A stretch of 60,282 bases of DNA, counting the filler, from Porpidia crustulata (Eukaryota): the NCBI GenBank assembly GCA_964255105.1. It is 2 parts of 2 records of this genome, joined end to end, with 100 filler letters (N's around TTAATTAATTAA, not from the genome) between each part and the next. Parts side by side here need not be neighbours in the genome. Positions count along the whole stretch, not along the records: positions 30,332 to 60,282 come from CAXUWE010000022.1; 1 more part is not named here. One strand, written 5' to 3'. The translations under genes were made by a program, and so were the position numbers. This document shows, one piece after another, positions 48,063 through 60,282 of this stretch; position 1 is the stretch's first letter, and each line of letters opens with the position of its first letter. Below the pieces are notes generated by a model that was not told the origin of the DNA, did no database searches, and worked only from the letters and a program-made list of their open reading frames with translations.

Positions 48063-51000
48063 TCAAAGTATGACGCCAATTCCTCTGAGCTTCGTTTTGT
48101 CGAGCTCGCCTCTTTGTTCAAGCACCTCTTGCATTCTTTCCGCCCAGTAACCTTTGAAAAAAGTGATCAGGGTATGGTCTCCTAAGTTTTCTTTGAATTC
48201 GTGCAGCACGCTCTCAAGTAGCTGAATTCTGTCGTGGTCTTCGTCCCGTATTTCTTCAATCTCTTCTTGCTCTGGCTCTGTGACGCCACCACGATCCCAC
48301 TCACAGCATGTATGTCTCAGCTCCAGCTTACGAAACGTATGGAAGCGAACGATTTCCCCGGTAAGCCATTCCCAGTAGCCGTTTTGAGGTCCGATGACAT
48401 CGATTAGGAATTCTGTCGCATGTAGGGACCAGTCAAAGAAATCTTTCGCGGGCACGAGATGGTCATCCTTGAAGTGCAACATTCCTTTCAGCATCATCGT
48501 GGATGCTAGACAGCCTCGGGATGAACATGCACATCTGCGGTTGCCATATGAACAATTTGAGAGAACGGTAGCTAAGACCAGCCTCTGATCTGGGCCAAGT
48601 CAACTCAGTTGACCTTGTAGGCAGACTTTGGAAGTTTTCAGACGGGATCGAAAAAGTGTTGATAATTCTTCCGCATTCAAATCTTGGGTAAGATATTTGA
48701 TGCTGTCAGCCCTGAAAGAAAATACAGCAATTTCTCCGATGGTGGCAGCCACATAGTGTAAGGCCAAACTTGTCGGCGGTAAATCCATCTCCTCTGGCAG
48801 CATTATGGGATCATCGTCTAATGGAACAACTTTTGCCCGATGGAGCTTTGCTCCTCTCTGGACCAGCCAAGTAATAAGTCTGACTGCAATTAACATGCTC
48901 TCTTTTTCGTCATAAGTCAAGCCTTTGTACAACATCAAGGGAGTCAGGCCTGTGAATGCCGGGATATCGATATCACGGAATCCAGCTTGCCAAAGCTTTT
49001 CTGCAATCTCAGCTGTCAATTGAGACATGTGATATACAGTCCGCAAGCGAGTAGGAATTGTTGATACTGTTGGCAGAGAGATACCATTCCTTTCTAGGAG
49101 TCTCTCAGCATGAGGAGCATAAGCATCGAGGACTGTCATTTTGAGTCCAAGAAGCACTATCTTTCCTTGTCAAAGCTGTTGCAACTAGCCGACTTTCTAG
49201 GTCGCGGCGTCTCTCAGCCAGCACTGTCATGACTGTCTCTAAAACCGCCTCACCGGAGTCGGAATGACTGTTGTACATAAAGGCTGCCAGATTTAAAACA
49301 TCACCTATACCCGTTTCGAAAACGTGCCCCATGGCGTGGCTCCAATTAGCCTTCATTAGGAGACCCGCGCTCTCCGCAAAGCCGAGTGAGATTGCGTACT
49401 CGAGCGGTGTCTTGCCACCTAGATCACGAGCGTCCACTCCTGAGCCGTGTAATAGCAATACCTGTACGCCAGAAGGCCAACCGACGGCCAAATGTAGCGG
49501 AGCTTGCGCCAATATATTCCCGTGGTTGATTAGCTGAGGCCATTCCTGCAGGGACTTGAGCAGCTCTGGCAACGATCGTCGAAGAGCAGAAATACTCATC
49601 TCACTACAGCCGAAACCTGCCTGGATCAGTAAGCCGACACATGATTGTTGATTGATTTGAGCCTACCATCAAGAACTTCCACGGAACCAGCAAATGCGAA
49701 TGTGCAACTACGAAAGTATATACGAAGGTAATACGGGTCCGAGCAACTGCCAAACTCTGCTCCAGACTCAAGCAATTGAGTAGCTGATTTGCAGAGAAGA
49801 TCGTGATCCATATCATCATTGTATGGAGACATGACAAAATTGTCCAGGAAAGTCCTGACGTTGTTACTTTTCGCTTGCTTGGTTGGACTCAAATTGGGGG
49901 TGGTTTCCTTACTGATTGAAATCGTTGGTCCAATTGAGTGGGACGCCAAGCTCTTTAAGCCTTCGATAAAACCAGAATACCGCTTCAACAAACGGAACAA
50001 TAAAAAGATGGAGCGAGCTGGAACGCGCAATCATAATAGAGTAATTGAAATTGGCGCTTGCATACTATAGAGATGTCAGTGCGGGCAGGAATCCAGAAAT
50101 ACTGAGTTTATGAAAAACGAACATGGAGTATTGTGCTGCCATAGAGATCAACGTCATAAGGAGAGGCTTTTTTGTTGTTGAACAACTGCTCAATTCCGTT
50201 CAACCTGTTCTGCAAACACACTTGCCAATCATTCAAACTTTCGATCGACCCGTCTCCGATTACGCTTCTAAGACTGACGTGCTTGATAAGAGCGCTGCCG
50301 GCAGGAATTACGTTCGCACACTGTAAGCTCGGGCTAATTGAGAACCCACCAGCACCTCTAGTAATGGAGATCGACGCCTGGATTGCTCTAGCGAGGAGTA
50401 TCCAACAGCTTCCGATGGAAATTTTGGCAACCGTAGTTCTCACTGCGTCCCGAAACAGCGGGCACGTACGGTGGTGGCTCAAAGATTCGGTCTGGAATTT
50501 CAGTTTTCACCTGGGGTTGGGCGCAATTCCAAATTGAGAACTCTTTGAACCACTATGGGATGCTAAGTCAAGGTGCTTTAAGTGGCAGTTGCACGTTGCA
50601 TGTCCACGTCGACCTCCATTCTGCAGTCTGAGCTGGGTGTGCAATGCCGATGTATCTGGTGTCGAAAACTCAAAGCGATTGTTCTCATCGCAGACTGATC
50701 GCATAAGAGCTGGCTGACACATGACGCCCAGTTGGATGCTTGTGATCATCTTTCGCTAATGAACGGTGAGCACACGGTCGTAAAGCAGAAGGTAATCCAT
50801 ACTAGATTTTCCATTCTTACGGTATGCTGCTTGACTTCAAGGCTTTGTTCCAAAAATGCGTGTTTCATTTCCTGTTTTAATTCATTCATTTCGACACCAT
50901 AACAAGCCAGATTCCTCTCTATAGTGGCCTCGATGCTTTGTTGAGAGCCATTCGCACGTTCAGCGAGCGCCATAAATTCTTCAAGAACATTTTCACGTAA

Positions 51001-51715
51001 AGTAAGAACATCCTGGTGAGAATGTCGGGCCTCATGATGCAGAGTTTCTACGTTGATGGCTATCTCTTCAGTCTGCTTTTGCAGCGGCGAAATGTCTTGT
51101 TTGCTGTCCTCGTTTGCTCGAACAAGTTCCCGTATTCCTGTTTCATTGCTCTGAACGACTGCCTTAATATCTGTCGAAGTCATAAGTAAGACCTCGAGGT
51201 CTTGATCAAGCCCGGCCGAAAGGTGACTGCGGACTGGATTCAGCACTCTATGCTTGCTCAAATAACCCTCTGACATACAGTTGCAGTATTTGCAATGCAC
51301 AGCCGAGGTTCACCTGTGTGCTGTGCACGATATCCTTCAGTGTTTGAAGTGTCTGCTTTCTCAATGGGTAGAACATCTTGTTACGATATAACTCCAGCTT
51401 CCCAGCAAGGTTCTGTGGAATATGGCTGGAGCTGCATCGGTCCAAGGCGCTCCGGAGGTTTTCGATCCCATTTTGGCAGGAGGCGATGAGCCTAACAACC
51501 TAATCAATAACGCGCCCTTCTTTTTGTGCTGTCCTTCTTATCACTCCTTCCAGATTCTCACAGGTTATCTTGAGCTCGTTGATATCTTGATAGGCTTGGC
51601 CAAGCTCATCATCAATTGACTTGAAGGCCGAGTAGTACAACGCCAAACCCTGGCAAGATTGGAGGCCCAAAGTGATCAACCCAACCACACTCCCGGCAGC
51701 CGCAAGCTCCGCCAT
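48063..51715 (-). pseudogene. Disrupted gene: HeLo-like N-terminal domain, ankyrin repeats and Cys-rich C-terminal domain
   Basis: MAELAAAGSVVGLITLGLQSCQGL start; ankyrin QAPLHLAVGWPSGVQVLL..GKTPLEYA and GLTPLM; C-terminal CACSSRGC..RFHTFRKLELRHTCC. In-frame stops at 51500, 50507 and 48600, and frameshifts near 49800 and 49140. Confidence 0.85.
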
Positions 51716-52953
51716 TCGGAAGCGGTCTCGCCTTGACAACTGAGATTATAGACGAAAAGAGTTTTTAGTTGCAGGCGATGAAACAGAGCCGTCAGTGACT
51801 CCAATACCTCAGCGATCACATGGTCGATATTGCAGCAACTCAGCCCTGTTGCTACGGCAGTCTAAGGTAGGCAGCCATCGAATCAATTCTGAAATACCGT
51901 TACACATACTCAAGATGATAAATGTTAGCGTGACAAGGATGCTTCAAGTGAAAGCTCCAGAGAGAAAGTGCTAAAAAAGGTCTTCGCGATCAATTGTCAT
52001 GACTTTCAGTCCTTCTCATTCTCAACCGCTCTTTTCTCACAAGACCCAACGTTTCCATTGGTGATACGATAACATCCACACTGTTTAAAGTGAAAATTGA
52101 TCTCGCGCAGTTCAACGAATCTCGACCGCAGTCGAGATTCGTCACGACGACGCACTCGAGCAAGATCTTCGGAAAATCAGAGCTTATTTCATCTTGATTA
52201 AAAGACTTTCGCGATCCATTGTCATGATTTTTAGTTCTTCTTATTCTTGATTCGTGCATACTTCTAAATAGATTGTTTATCGTTCATTGTGCTACGACCA
52301 CCCCCAGGGGCACACGTTTACCCGGGGGAGGCCCATGTGCTACTACCTAGGTAGATATACCGAGGCTAGGGCCCTAACATTTATTAACATTGAATTAATT
52401 AATTAATTTCGTTTACTTGACTATTTGTTGATAAGAGGTTACTTGAAAATGTTTCTAACATATAGTTATCTTCTATTATAGTTACACTTCTTTATCTGGT
52501 AGTATATTTATTTGTTATTTCATAATTAATTTTTCTTTTATTAAAGAATCTATAAATAAGAAGTCTTGAAGAAATAAATATCCAGAATTTAATATTATGT
52601 AGATAGTAAGCCACCTGAGGGACTGGTGTGAAACCGAGTCGTTCTCGTCTCGCCTGCATTAGACTTTCTCTTCTATTTGTTTGATACGTTGCTACTTTTG
52701 CGCCGTCGAGAATGCGGCAGCTTTATGGACGAGTACAGAGACGGCGTTACCACTCAAAGCGAAAAGCTTTGCCAAATGCTCCGGAGAGCACCGCAGCAAT
52801 CACCTGAACAGACCCTATTCTCGCGGCTCTTGTCCCTTTTAAGGGCACTATAACTAGCTCCTTATGGACTGGTGATGGCCGGGGCTGCCATCGTCGCTAA
52901 TGCCATATGCCCGTAGCGACGCCGAGATTCGACTCGATTTCTAAGTGGGAATC

Positions 52954-54797
52954 TCACACCAGAAAACTACCGGGAATATGAAGCTCCTTGTCAAGTTCTC
53001 TCCTTGCAGGTTCCTTGTCAGGCTGTCTCCTCGCAGGTTCCTTTCCAAGTTGCTCCTCGGCTAGTCTCTGCATAGCTCGCTTGGTAGATAGAGCTCTCGG
53101 CTTCGCAATACCATCCCGACGCGCCCGGATCGGCTGCAGCACCGGCTTTTGTGGCCTGACAGAGGGCTTGGGCAACAGAGCATTGCTCGGCTTCGTCTCT
53201 TGCGTTCGCCGACGATGGTGCGTGGGATACACGATCAATGGCTGCACCACGACCGCCTCTACGGGAACCTGGGAAACTGGAACCGATCTTGGAGCGTCCT
53301 CAGATGGTCGGCTCTCGCCCGGCACCGCATCTTCTGGTCGGGGGCCGATTGGCCGGACTGCTGCCTTCGGCGTCGTCAAGCCCTGGCCGCCGAAGTGGGC
53401 CACGAGCAGTTGCGCCGCCGAGGCCCGGTGTGCGGGGTTCTCTCTCGCCAGGTCGCCGAGGTCGGGCACTAGCACCGCCGCAGCCCGGACGGCCTGTAAG
53501 ATGTCGCCGTAGCTCTTCGCATGCTTAGGCGGAAAGGCGAGCTTTGGGTGCACATCGATAAGGGTGGCGAAGAGGGACCACACGTCCATCTTAGGGCTCT
53601 GGGGAAATCTGCCGTACTCCGGGTAGAGTTCGGGAGCCTGGTAGTAGCCAGTGCCGCAGAAGGTGGTGGCATATCGTTGATGATTGACGAGACTAAAGTC
53701 GGACAGTTGGAAGCTGTATGTCCTCTGGCCAGTGTTATCCCAGTAGAGGATGTTCTCGGGCTTAACATCTCGGTGGCACATACTGTGGTGTGCCAGGTGG
53801 TCGAGGGCACTCAGTATCTGCTCGAGAACTTGCATGCACAGACTGTCGCGTGTGCACAGCCTGTCCTTGGCTTGGGCAAGCGATCTCAAGTTCCCTGGGC
53901 GCAGGGGCATGAAGATCTCAGGCTTGAGGGTATTCCACTCCACAGTGCATAAACACTCGATGATGTTCTTCTACTGCGCGATTAGACGGCGGCTACGGCA
54001 AGAACGATATGACGTACATGTTTGAGCCTCTCGAGAGCCTTAACCTCCCTATGCAGGGCGGCTCGCGCCTGCTCGACGTCGGTGTAGCGATCTAGGCTGA
54101 CCACTTTCACGGCCAAGGGATTGCCAGACTCGAGATCGACTGTTCGAAAGACCTCACCGAACTATCCCCGGCCAATGAGAACACGAGGCTCTCCTTTGGC
54201 TTCACGAAAGAGGCCTTTTCTAGCCGTATGCAGCCTGGTATTATACCATGTGTAAAGTTCCGACTCGTCAAACTCGGTTGGGAGGTCGCGCGATCGTACG
54301 TATTGTAGCCGCTCTAAGGAGTGCTGGTACCCTTGTATTGCTAGATCCCTTAGCGACTCTACCTTGCGCCAAATCAATTCAAACTCATACGACACGATCG
54401 TGATATGATATTTTTGCCCGTAGACGATGACGCAGTCTCCGTCGATTTCTTGTTTCTTCGACTTCGAGCTTGCAACCTTGACCGAAGACAAGTGCTTCGA
54501 TCGGACCGACAGCACTACAACAAGGGTCTCGGGGTGAATCTCGAATGCGACGTGGACTTTCGATATAGGGCGTTTAGGGAGGATCAGATCGGCGTCTCGA
54601 CCGATTCTGGTGATGACACGGCCACTGGATATCGATGGGACGTGGAAACCGATTTCTAGTCCTGGCTCGCTCTGTCCCATCTGGTTGGCGCTCGCCGACA
54701 CGAAGCGGCTGTTGTCAGGATGGAGAAGTGCATCGTGGGCCGCTTCGTTCGCCGGTACCAAATGGAAGAGAGTATTTGCATTGACGTTTTGAGTCAT
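52954..54797 (-). pseudogene. FHA-like domain plus Ser/Thr protein kinase with an in-frame TAG in the glycine-rich loop
   Basis: IGRDADLIL..ISKVHVAF (FHA). LIGRG*FGEVF..LAVK..HREV..LKH|intron|KNIIE, HRDVKPEN, SDFS, CGTGYYQAPE, DVWSL. The stop is at 54162-54164. Confidence 0.85.
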
Positions 54798-55173
54798 GGC
54801 GACGAAGCTGTTTAGGGCGAGAGACGAGGGCTAAAGGCATCATCTTCATATTATACGAAGAGACTGAGTGTATTCCCGCCTGAGGTGACAGGCAAATATT
54901 GGAGTTTTAGACAAGGCGTGTTAGCCCACATTGATTGGCTGATTGTCGCGAAGAGGTGTAGGCAGCAGCTCTCCATTTCGCTTTGTAGCCTAGCATCATA
55001 CAATGCATATCCTCATTTGCCATCTAGGGTGCGCGCATGCGTGCCGTCTTTGTTTCCAACTCGGTGTGTTAGCCCGCATGGATTATTTGGTGATCGCTGG
55101 GAGGCCTTTCACGTGAAGGTGTGCCATTACTGCCCTAATTTTTTCCATCTTCCTCTTCGCAATATGTCGGAAA

Positions 55174-56780
55174 ATGCCGCCCTTATTCGACGAAATGCAG
55201 GTGCACAATGCGCTCCAGACCGAGGCCTTGCCAGCTCTTGAGCGGCTTGCAGACAACTCCCGTCTGCGCGGCCGTTCTCTCAGCCGTTTCGATCGCGATG
55301 ACCCACCGCAGTACGAATCCTCGACCGACGACGAGGAATATGCCATATTTCACCCGGCACTTGGGCTTAGGGGAGACGCTGTGTTTGATGAGTTCGAGGA
55401 TCTGATGGAGGACCCTCTTAATGACCACGAACAATTCAAAGTTGCAGATCACTTGTGCGACGCCCGAGTCTACGATCCCAAAGAACGCTACGGTACGGAG
55501 GCGCGCATCGAAAATTTACGAGTAAAGTCGTTCTCCTGGTCACCCAGCAACGATACAAAGAAACACCTCCACTTCGCCGGACGGGCGGGTGATGAGCGGA
55601 TGAACATCATCGTCCGACGTAATATCAAGCGACGCTGGCAGAAGCTCGGCGTGTGGAATCCTCAGTGGGGAATTCCCGGCCGGCTGAACAACCCACAGCC
55701 CAACGATGACCTATCTAGGTGGAAGTGGAGGTGGCAGCACGGCAGCTCTGCTGCCGAGTGGACCAGTGGCCCCGACGGGACTGCCTTACACCTGCAGCAT
55801 CCCATCATACGCGCTGTACGTCTGCGCGAGGGCCTCCATCGCGGCGAGCATAGCCCAGTGCCTCCGCTTTCTTGTCTCCAAGATGATACTTCAGCTCCCC
55901 AGGCCGAATCCTTTATCATCTCCCGGCCTTGGTTCATATACGAGGCCGAATTGCAGGAAGAGAGGATGAGGTTCAAACGCGTACCCTTAGAAAAAAGGTG
56001 GCATTATCACGAACCAATGTCTTTGCGTGTAATCGAACAGTGGAAGCAAGGCGGGACTGGAGAGAGGACTGGGAAGATCCGGGGGTAGATCCGATGGAAA
56101 ATCCGGGGGAAAAATTTGTTCCCGGGTGGAAGTGGCGGCATGAGAGCCCGTCTCCAGAGCCCGAAGACTTGACGCCCCTCAACACCATGGACATGGAATT
56201 CACTCCGTCCGAGGTGGACGCACTCGAGGCCATCCCGGCCCCAACTCCTCCGCCCGAGCGCATCTACTATCCCCCGGGCGATCCACGTCGTGAACCGGGA
56301 AGTGGACTCTTCGCTGGCCCTCTTATTGATCTGCCTACACCCTCGAACTCGATCGACGGGCTGGAAGCCCCTGGGCCTAAACAACCTCCAATACTACGCC
56401 AACGCCGACGCCAGCGACGAGACGAGAACCCCGCCCAATCACCACGGCGCAGCGCCAGGATTGCGGCCAAGAAGGCCAATCTGCCGCTGCCGCCAGCGGA
56501 AAGATCGACCCTTCCGCCTATTCCCGCACATCCATCTGCAGATAAGCCCAAGAAGGGCCATCCGAGGAAGGCCAACCCCTCACCGCCGCCGATGCAGGAA
56601 AGACGCTCAACCGCTCGGCCTATACCCGCCCGTCCACCCACAGACAAGCCTAAGAGGGGCCGTCCAAGGAAGGTCGATGGATCGGCCGTGTCCAAAGCGC
56701 CGGCTCGGCTCAGGCGAGGAGCGACAACAGGCCAGAAGCGGCCGAGAGGTCGCCCGAGGAAAGATACGGTTTATACGTAA
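55174..56780 (+). pseudogene. Trp-rich hypothetical protein with C-terminal AT-hooks; one frameshift near 56047
   Basis: ORFs 55174-56088 and 55929-56780 join as ..VIEQWK/ARRDWREDW..GWKWRHESPSPEP. AT-hooks KRGRPRK and PRGRPRK, plus degenerate KKGHPRK. Confidence 0.7.
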
Positions 56781-57639
56781 ATCTTCGACGGCTGATAAGG
56801 GCGAGTAATAGGGGTCAAGAATGAAAGACAAAAGCCGGTTCTGATTGCAGCTTGGACGAACATAAACAACGATAGCTGCGGCCATGGCTAGCTTATCATA
56901 CACGGCGGCATGTTTACCGAAGACGATGACTTTTCTTAGACTAATACCGTCACCATAAATGTAAGCGCCATTAGCGAGACAGGTTCTTCTTTCGATAATG
57001 ATCTAATATCCCAGACCTGATGGATCTGTCGACCGAGGTGACGGTGCCTACGGAGGGGATAATAAAGAGTCGAATCTATCTAGATGCAGGACCTTCGATA
57101 AGAGAAAGCAGAATTTGTCCAGTCCGGCCTTGTCTTTGCCTTCGCTAAATGTGTGACTCAAGCGCTTTTTCATTTCTAGGCTTCTCCTTTTTATTCTGCA
57201 ACCAACAAGCCAGAAGAGAAAAACCTTAGGTACACAATACGTGATTATCCCTTCGACTGAGCAACGAAACTAGATAACTGGTATGGAATTTTAAACTGTA
57301 CTAATAATCGAGCATTTAATCCTCTATACAAGTGATTCCTTCTCTATAATTTCCATAATTAGATTTCTTAAAGCAGGCAAATATAGATAAGGCTAGGCTT
57401 TACTCCTCCACCTTCTTCAAATAAATGGAAGGAGTTGTCTTGTCCTCGTTGGCGTTAGGGCGTGCTCTCTGGATTAGAGACTTGGATTTATCGCCTTGAA
57501 ACTACTTATGATCGTGTTAAAGACGTTTTAAATAAAGCTTCTCCCCGAGGAACATTCTTCTGTATAATGATTAGTGTTCAACGATACTGTAGACCTATAC
57601 TTAGTATCGCTCGAAGCTTGTCCGATCGACTTCTCCCTC

Positions 57640-59301
57640 GCGTGCGCGGTGATGATGAATGTGGACGGATCTAAAAACCCTACAAAGCACCCGAGATCTA
57701 CGAGTCAGCCCAGACTGTTGTTCGCATGGTTGGGCCCAGAAGATATAAGTATACAAAAGACGCAACACGAGAGACTTAGGAAGCCTAGCGTTTGAAAAGC
57801 ATGAATCCAAAGAGCAATTCTTCCGCACTTACGACCTTGTCGATAGTGACCAAAGGGCTGCATACTCTTTGCTCGATGTTCCAAGCTTCTCAGACGGGCG
57901 GTGGGAACCAGGATCTTCGTTCTTGCGGCGAAGCTGGTTTGGTAGAGCCTTGATCAATCAAGAAGTACAGTTTTAGTCTTTCTGATAATATGAAATGTAC
58001 TTGCGAATCCAAAGTAGGTTGTATTGGCTTCGGATGGTGAGACTGTATTTCCTCCTCGGCTCGTTATCCAGTTCTCAGCGAATGGAGCATACATCTGGGT
58101 GAACTAGCTAGACGCCCGTTAGTTGGAGAGATGCCATTTACATTAGATCGTACCAGGCGCTTTCGGAATATTCTGATGAAATTCTTAAGCTCAATAGGCA
58201 TGTTGTTTTATGCTGAGGCTGCAATGCCGTCGACCCAAGAGACATAAAATATACCGCTTGCTTGGCTTCACTGTAGCCTTACTTCAACCCTCTAAAATCA
58301 GCGAAATCACCATTCCGGATTACAAGAAGTTTGTTCCGGAGATATACATCGAGGCCGGTAAAGTCATCCTTCCGAGTTCTGAAGATCTCTGGCTTTTCTC
58401 CATGGTCGCAGAAGAATGCCAGGGAAGACGTCAAGATCTCCCATCCTGGGTTCCGGACTTTTCCGTTCGTGGAAGCAGACCAGGAGGCCTAATTGCATTC
58501 GGCGCCATGATCGAGGGTAGGCATGGAAAGTCTTTTTACAACGCTGCGGCTGCCTTACCGCGGCAATTACGCTATCCCTCAGACAATAAAACGATATGCA
58601 TTGATGGACATCGCTTTGACCGTATCAATTGAATCGGTGAATCAATAAGTGAAATAGGTAAATCTTCGCGTTCGTTCCTTGGTTTACTGAACTTGGTTCT
58701 GTCTCTTGAACCAAATTGTTGCACCGGTGAAGGGAGATCAGATGTATTTTGGAGAACAATGATAGCAGATCAGTGCGGCGACCAGCATCCTGCGCCCCCG
58801 TGTTTGAAGATTTCATTTATGAAACTCATTTACCGAATGCTGGTAGATGTTACACGCCCACATTTAGCCCAGGAAGCCTCCGAAGATCGGACCAAGGCTT
58901 TATTTGAAGCTCATTCTGACGGAATATTGCGTCTTGATTTACGATTGCATCAAAGGGACTTGGACGATTCCGCACGTGAATTAAAATCTCATACAATTGT
59001 CGCCGGTGACTTTAGATCCGGCCATGAGTACTTGGTGCCATGGCGTAATGCATATGCGTGGAGAAGACTGTTCAGGACCCAGTCAGGGTATCTAGGAATT
59101 GGGCCTCAATCGCTCCAAATCGGTGATGTGGTTTCGATCTTGCCTAGTTCGAATGTGCCATTTCTACTTCGACAAGTAGAAGACAACCGATATCGATTAA
59201 TCGGCGACGCATACGTCCACGGAATAATGCACGGAGAAGCCCTGGAATCGGAGGAATGGGGCCTGGAAGAGATAGTCCTGGAAGAGATAGTCCTGGAATA
59301 A
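57640..59301 (+). pseudogene. Decayed HET-domain (HET-6-like) heterokaryon incompatibility gene
   Basis: Scattered family motifs in broken frames: RRSWFGRALINQEV (~57926), DPRD/KIYRLLG (~58232), DLPSWVPDFS, RRLFRTQSGYLGIGP..GDVVSIL..PFLLR..YRLIGDAYVHGIMHGE. The 5' boundary is approximate. Confidence 0.85.
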
Positions 59302-59528
59302 TAACATATGTGAATGGCTGTGGAAGCAATAAATTCTACTGATCATGAAGAAAGAGAGCTAGAGAGAGAGGAGAGCACAAGTGGTAGAGCAAGTGAAAAC
59401 GGTGCCCCTGAAATAATAACATACGTACATGGCTGTGGAAGCAATACGTTCTAATGATCATGAAGAAAAAGGGCTAGAGAGAGAGGAGAGCATACGTGGA
59501 AGAGCAAGTGAAAATATTGTCTATGAAA
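59292..59528. repeat. ~115-bp tandem duplication spanning the HET stop codon
   Basis: ATGGCTGTGGAAGCAATA..GATCATGAAGAAA..GAGCAAGTGAAAA occurs at 59314 and 59429. It is preceded by a 15-bp duplication giving EEIVLEEIVLE. Confidence 0.9.
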
Positions 59529-60282
59529 TAAATCTATGTGTTGTAACCAATATTCGTTGGAAGATATTTAAGCATTGTGTCGTACTGTATAATGTCTTTG
59601 ATAAATACGTTTTATTCAAAAATTAATTCCATAGAACCATATATAAGACTTATTGAAATCATGGAGATTTGAAACTTGACGACTTCTGGAGCTTCGATAT
59701 TACGCCTTGTCAAACTTAGAGTCAATGTTTGGAGATTGAAGCGACAAACTAATACTGGGATGTATCATCATTAGCTTAGCAATCACTCATGCTTGCAATA
59801 TCATTCTAAGAATCGCCAATAAGACTTCATAGATAGTCTTGAATCAGCCCAATGATGCTGCAACCAAGGCTCTCTATGTCATTGTTGATGTCGGACTCTT
59901 ATTCTCGCTCTGCTCTTTGATGAATGACAAGAGTTTAAGCAGCAGAGCGAGCTTGAGGATCTTCGGAAATTCAGTGACGGCTTGAGCCGAGCATATCTAA
60001 GATAGATTAGCCGATTCAGAACCGCGCATGTTGCTGCGGCTCTTCAGGGTGGTTTGAAAAGTAGACGGTTTCATCTAGATAACGTGATATCTAAACACTT
60101 CAGACAGCCATTTCGAATAGGTTTAAGAGTTATCGTTCAGTACTGTTATTTAACTCGGTCTTACATCTCAGACACAAAAAATGACAAGTGAGAAGATCTC
60201 GTAAAACAGGGTCGACATCATCGCGAATCGAGCGCCTTCTCACCCGCACAAAAAATATCCGCCGCCTGTCTCGCGCCAAAGG

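Noticed and set aside
52392..52410. Second TTAATTAATTAA linker
   Set aside because: It has no flanking Ns and sits in a natural AT-rich degraded tract.
30530..60282. Starship element or transposase-bearing mobile element
   Set aside because: No tyrosine-recombinase captain, transposase or reverse transcriptase ORF is visible in the window. Mobility of the cassette remains inference only.

Overview
Fungal (Pezizomycotina) nuclear DNA with spliced genes, joined from two unrelated pieces by an artificial N44-TTAATTAATTAA-N44 linker at 30232-30331. The left piece is a housekeeping block: TOM40, a 6-phosphofructo-2-kinase-like gene, ELP2, CAF16, MOD5, an ~7.5 kb orphan-ORF/repeat interval, ALE1, VPS45, MTO1, a DUF3602-like gene, tRNA-Gly(CCC) and exon 1 of GET4. 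The right piece is accessory-type. It holds a 989-aa protein joining a fungal HeLo-like N-terminal domain to a Ste50-type Ras-association domain, and an apparently intact trio of an ABCB exporter, an RtxC/GntB-like membrane desaturase/hydroxylase and a divergent Vsb1-like SLC26 transporter (the best candidate for an undescribed small-metabolite system). It ends in decayed genes: HeLo-like/ankyrin, a head-to-head FHA-kinase plus AT-hook protein pair with one lesion each, and a HET-6-like relic. All family calls come from motif recognition by eye, with no database searches, and splice sites were read manually.
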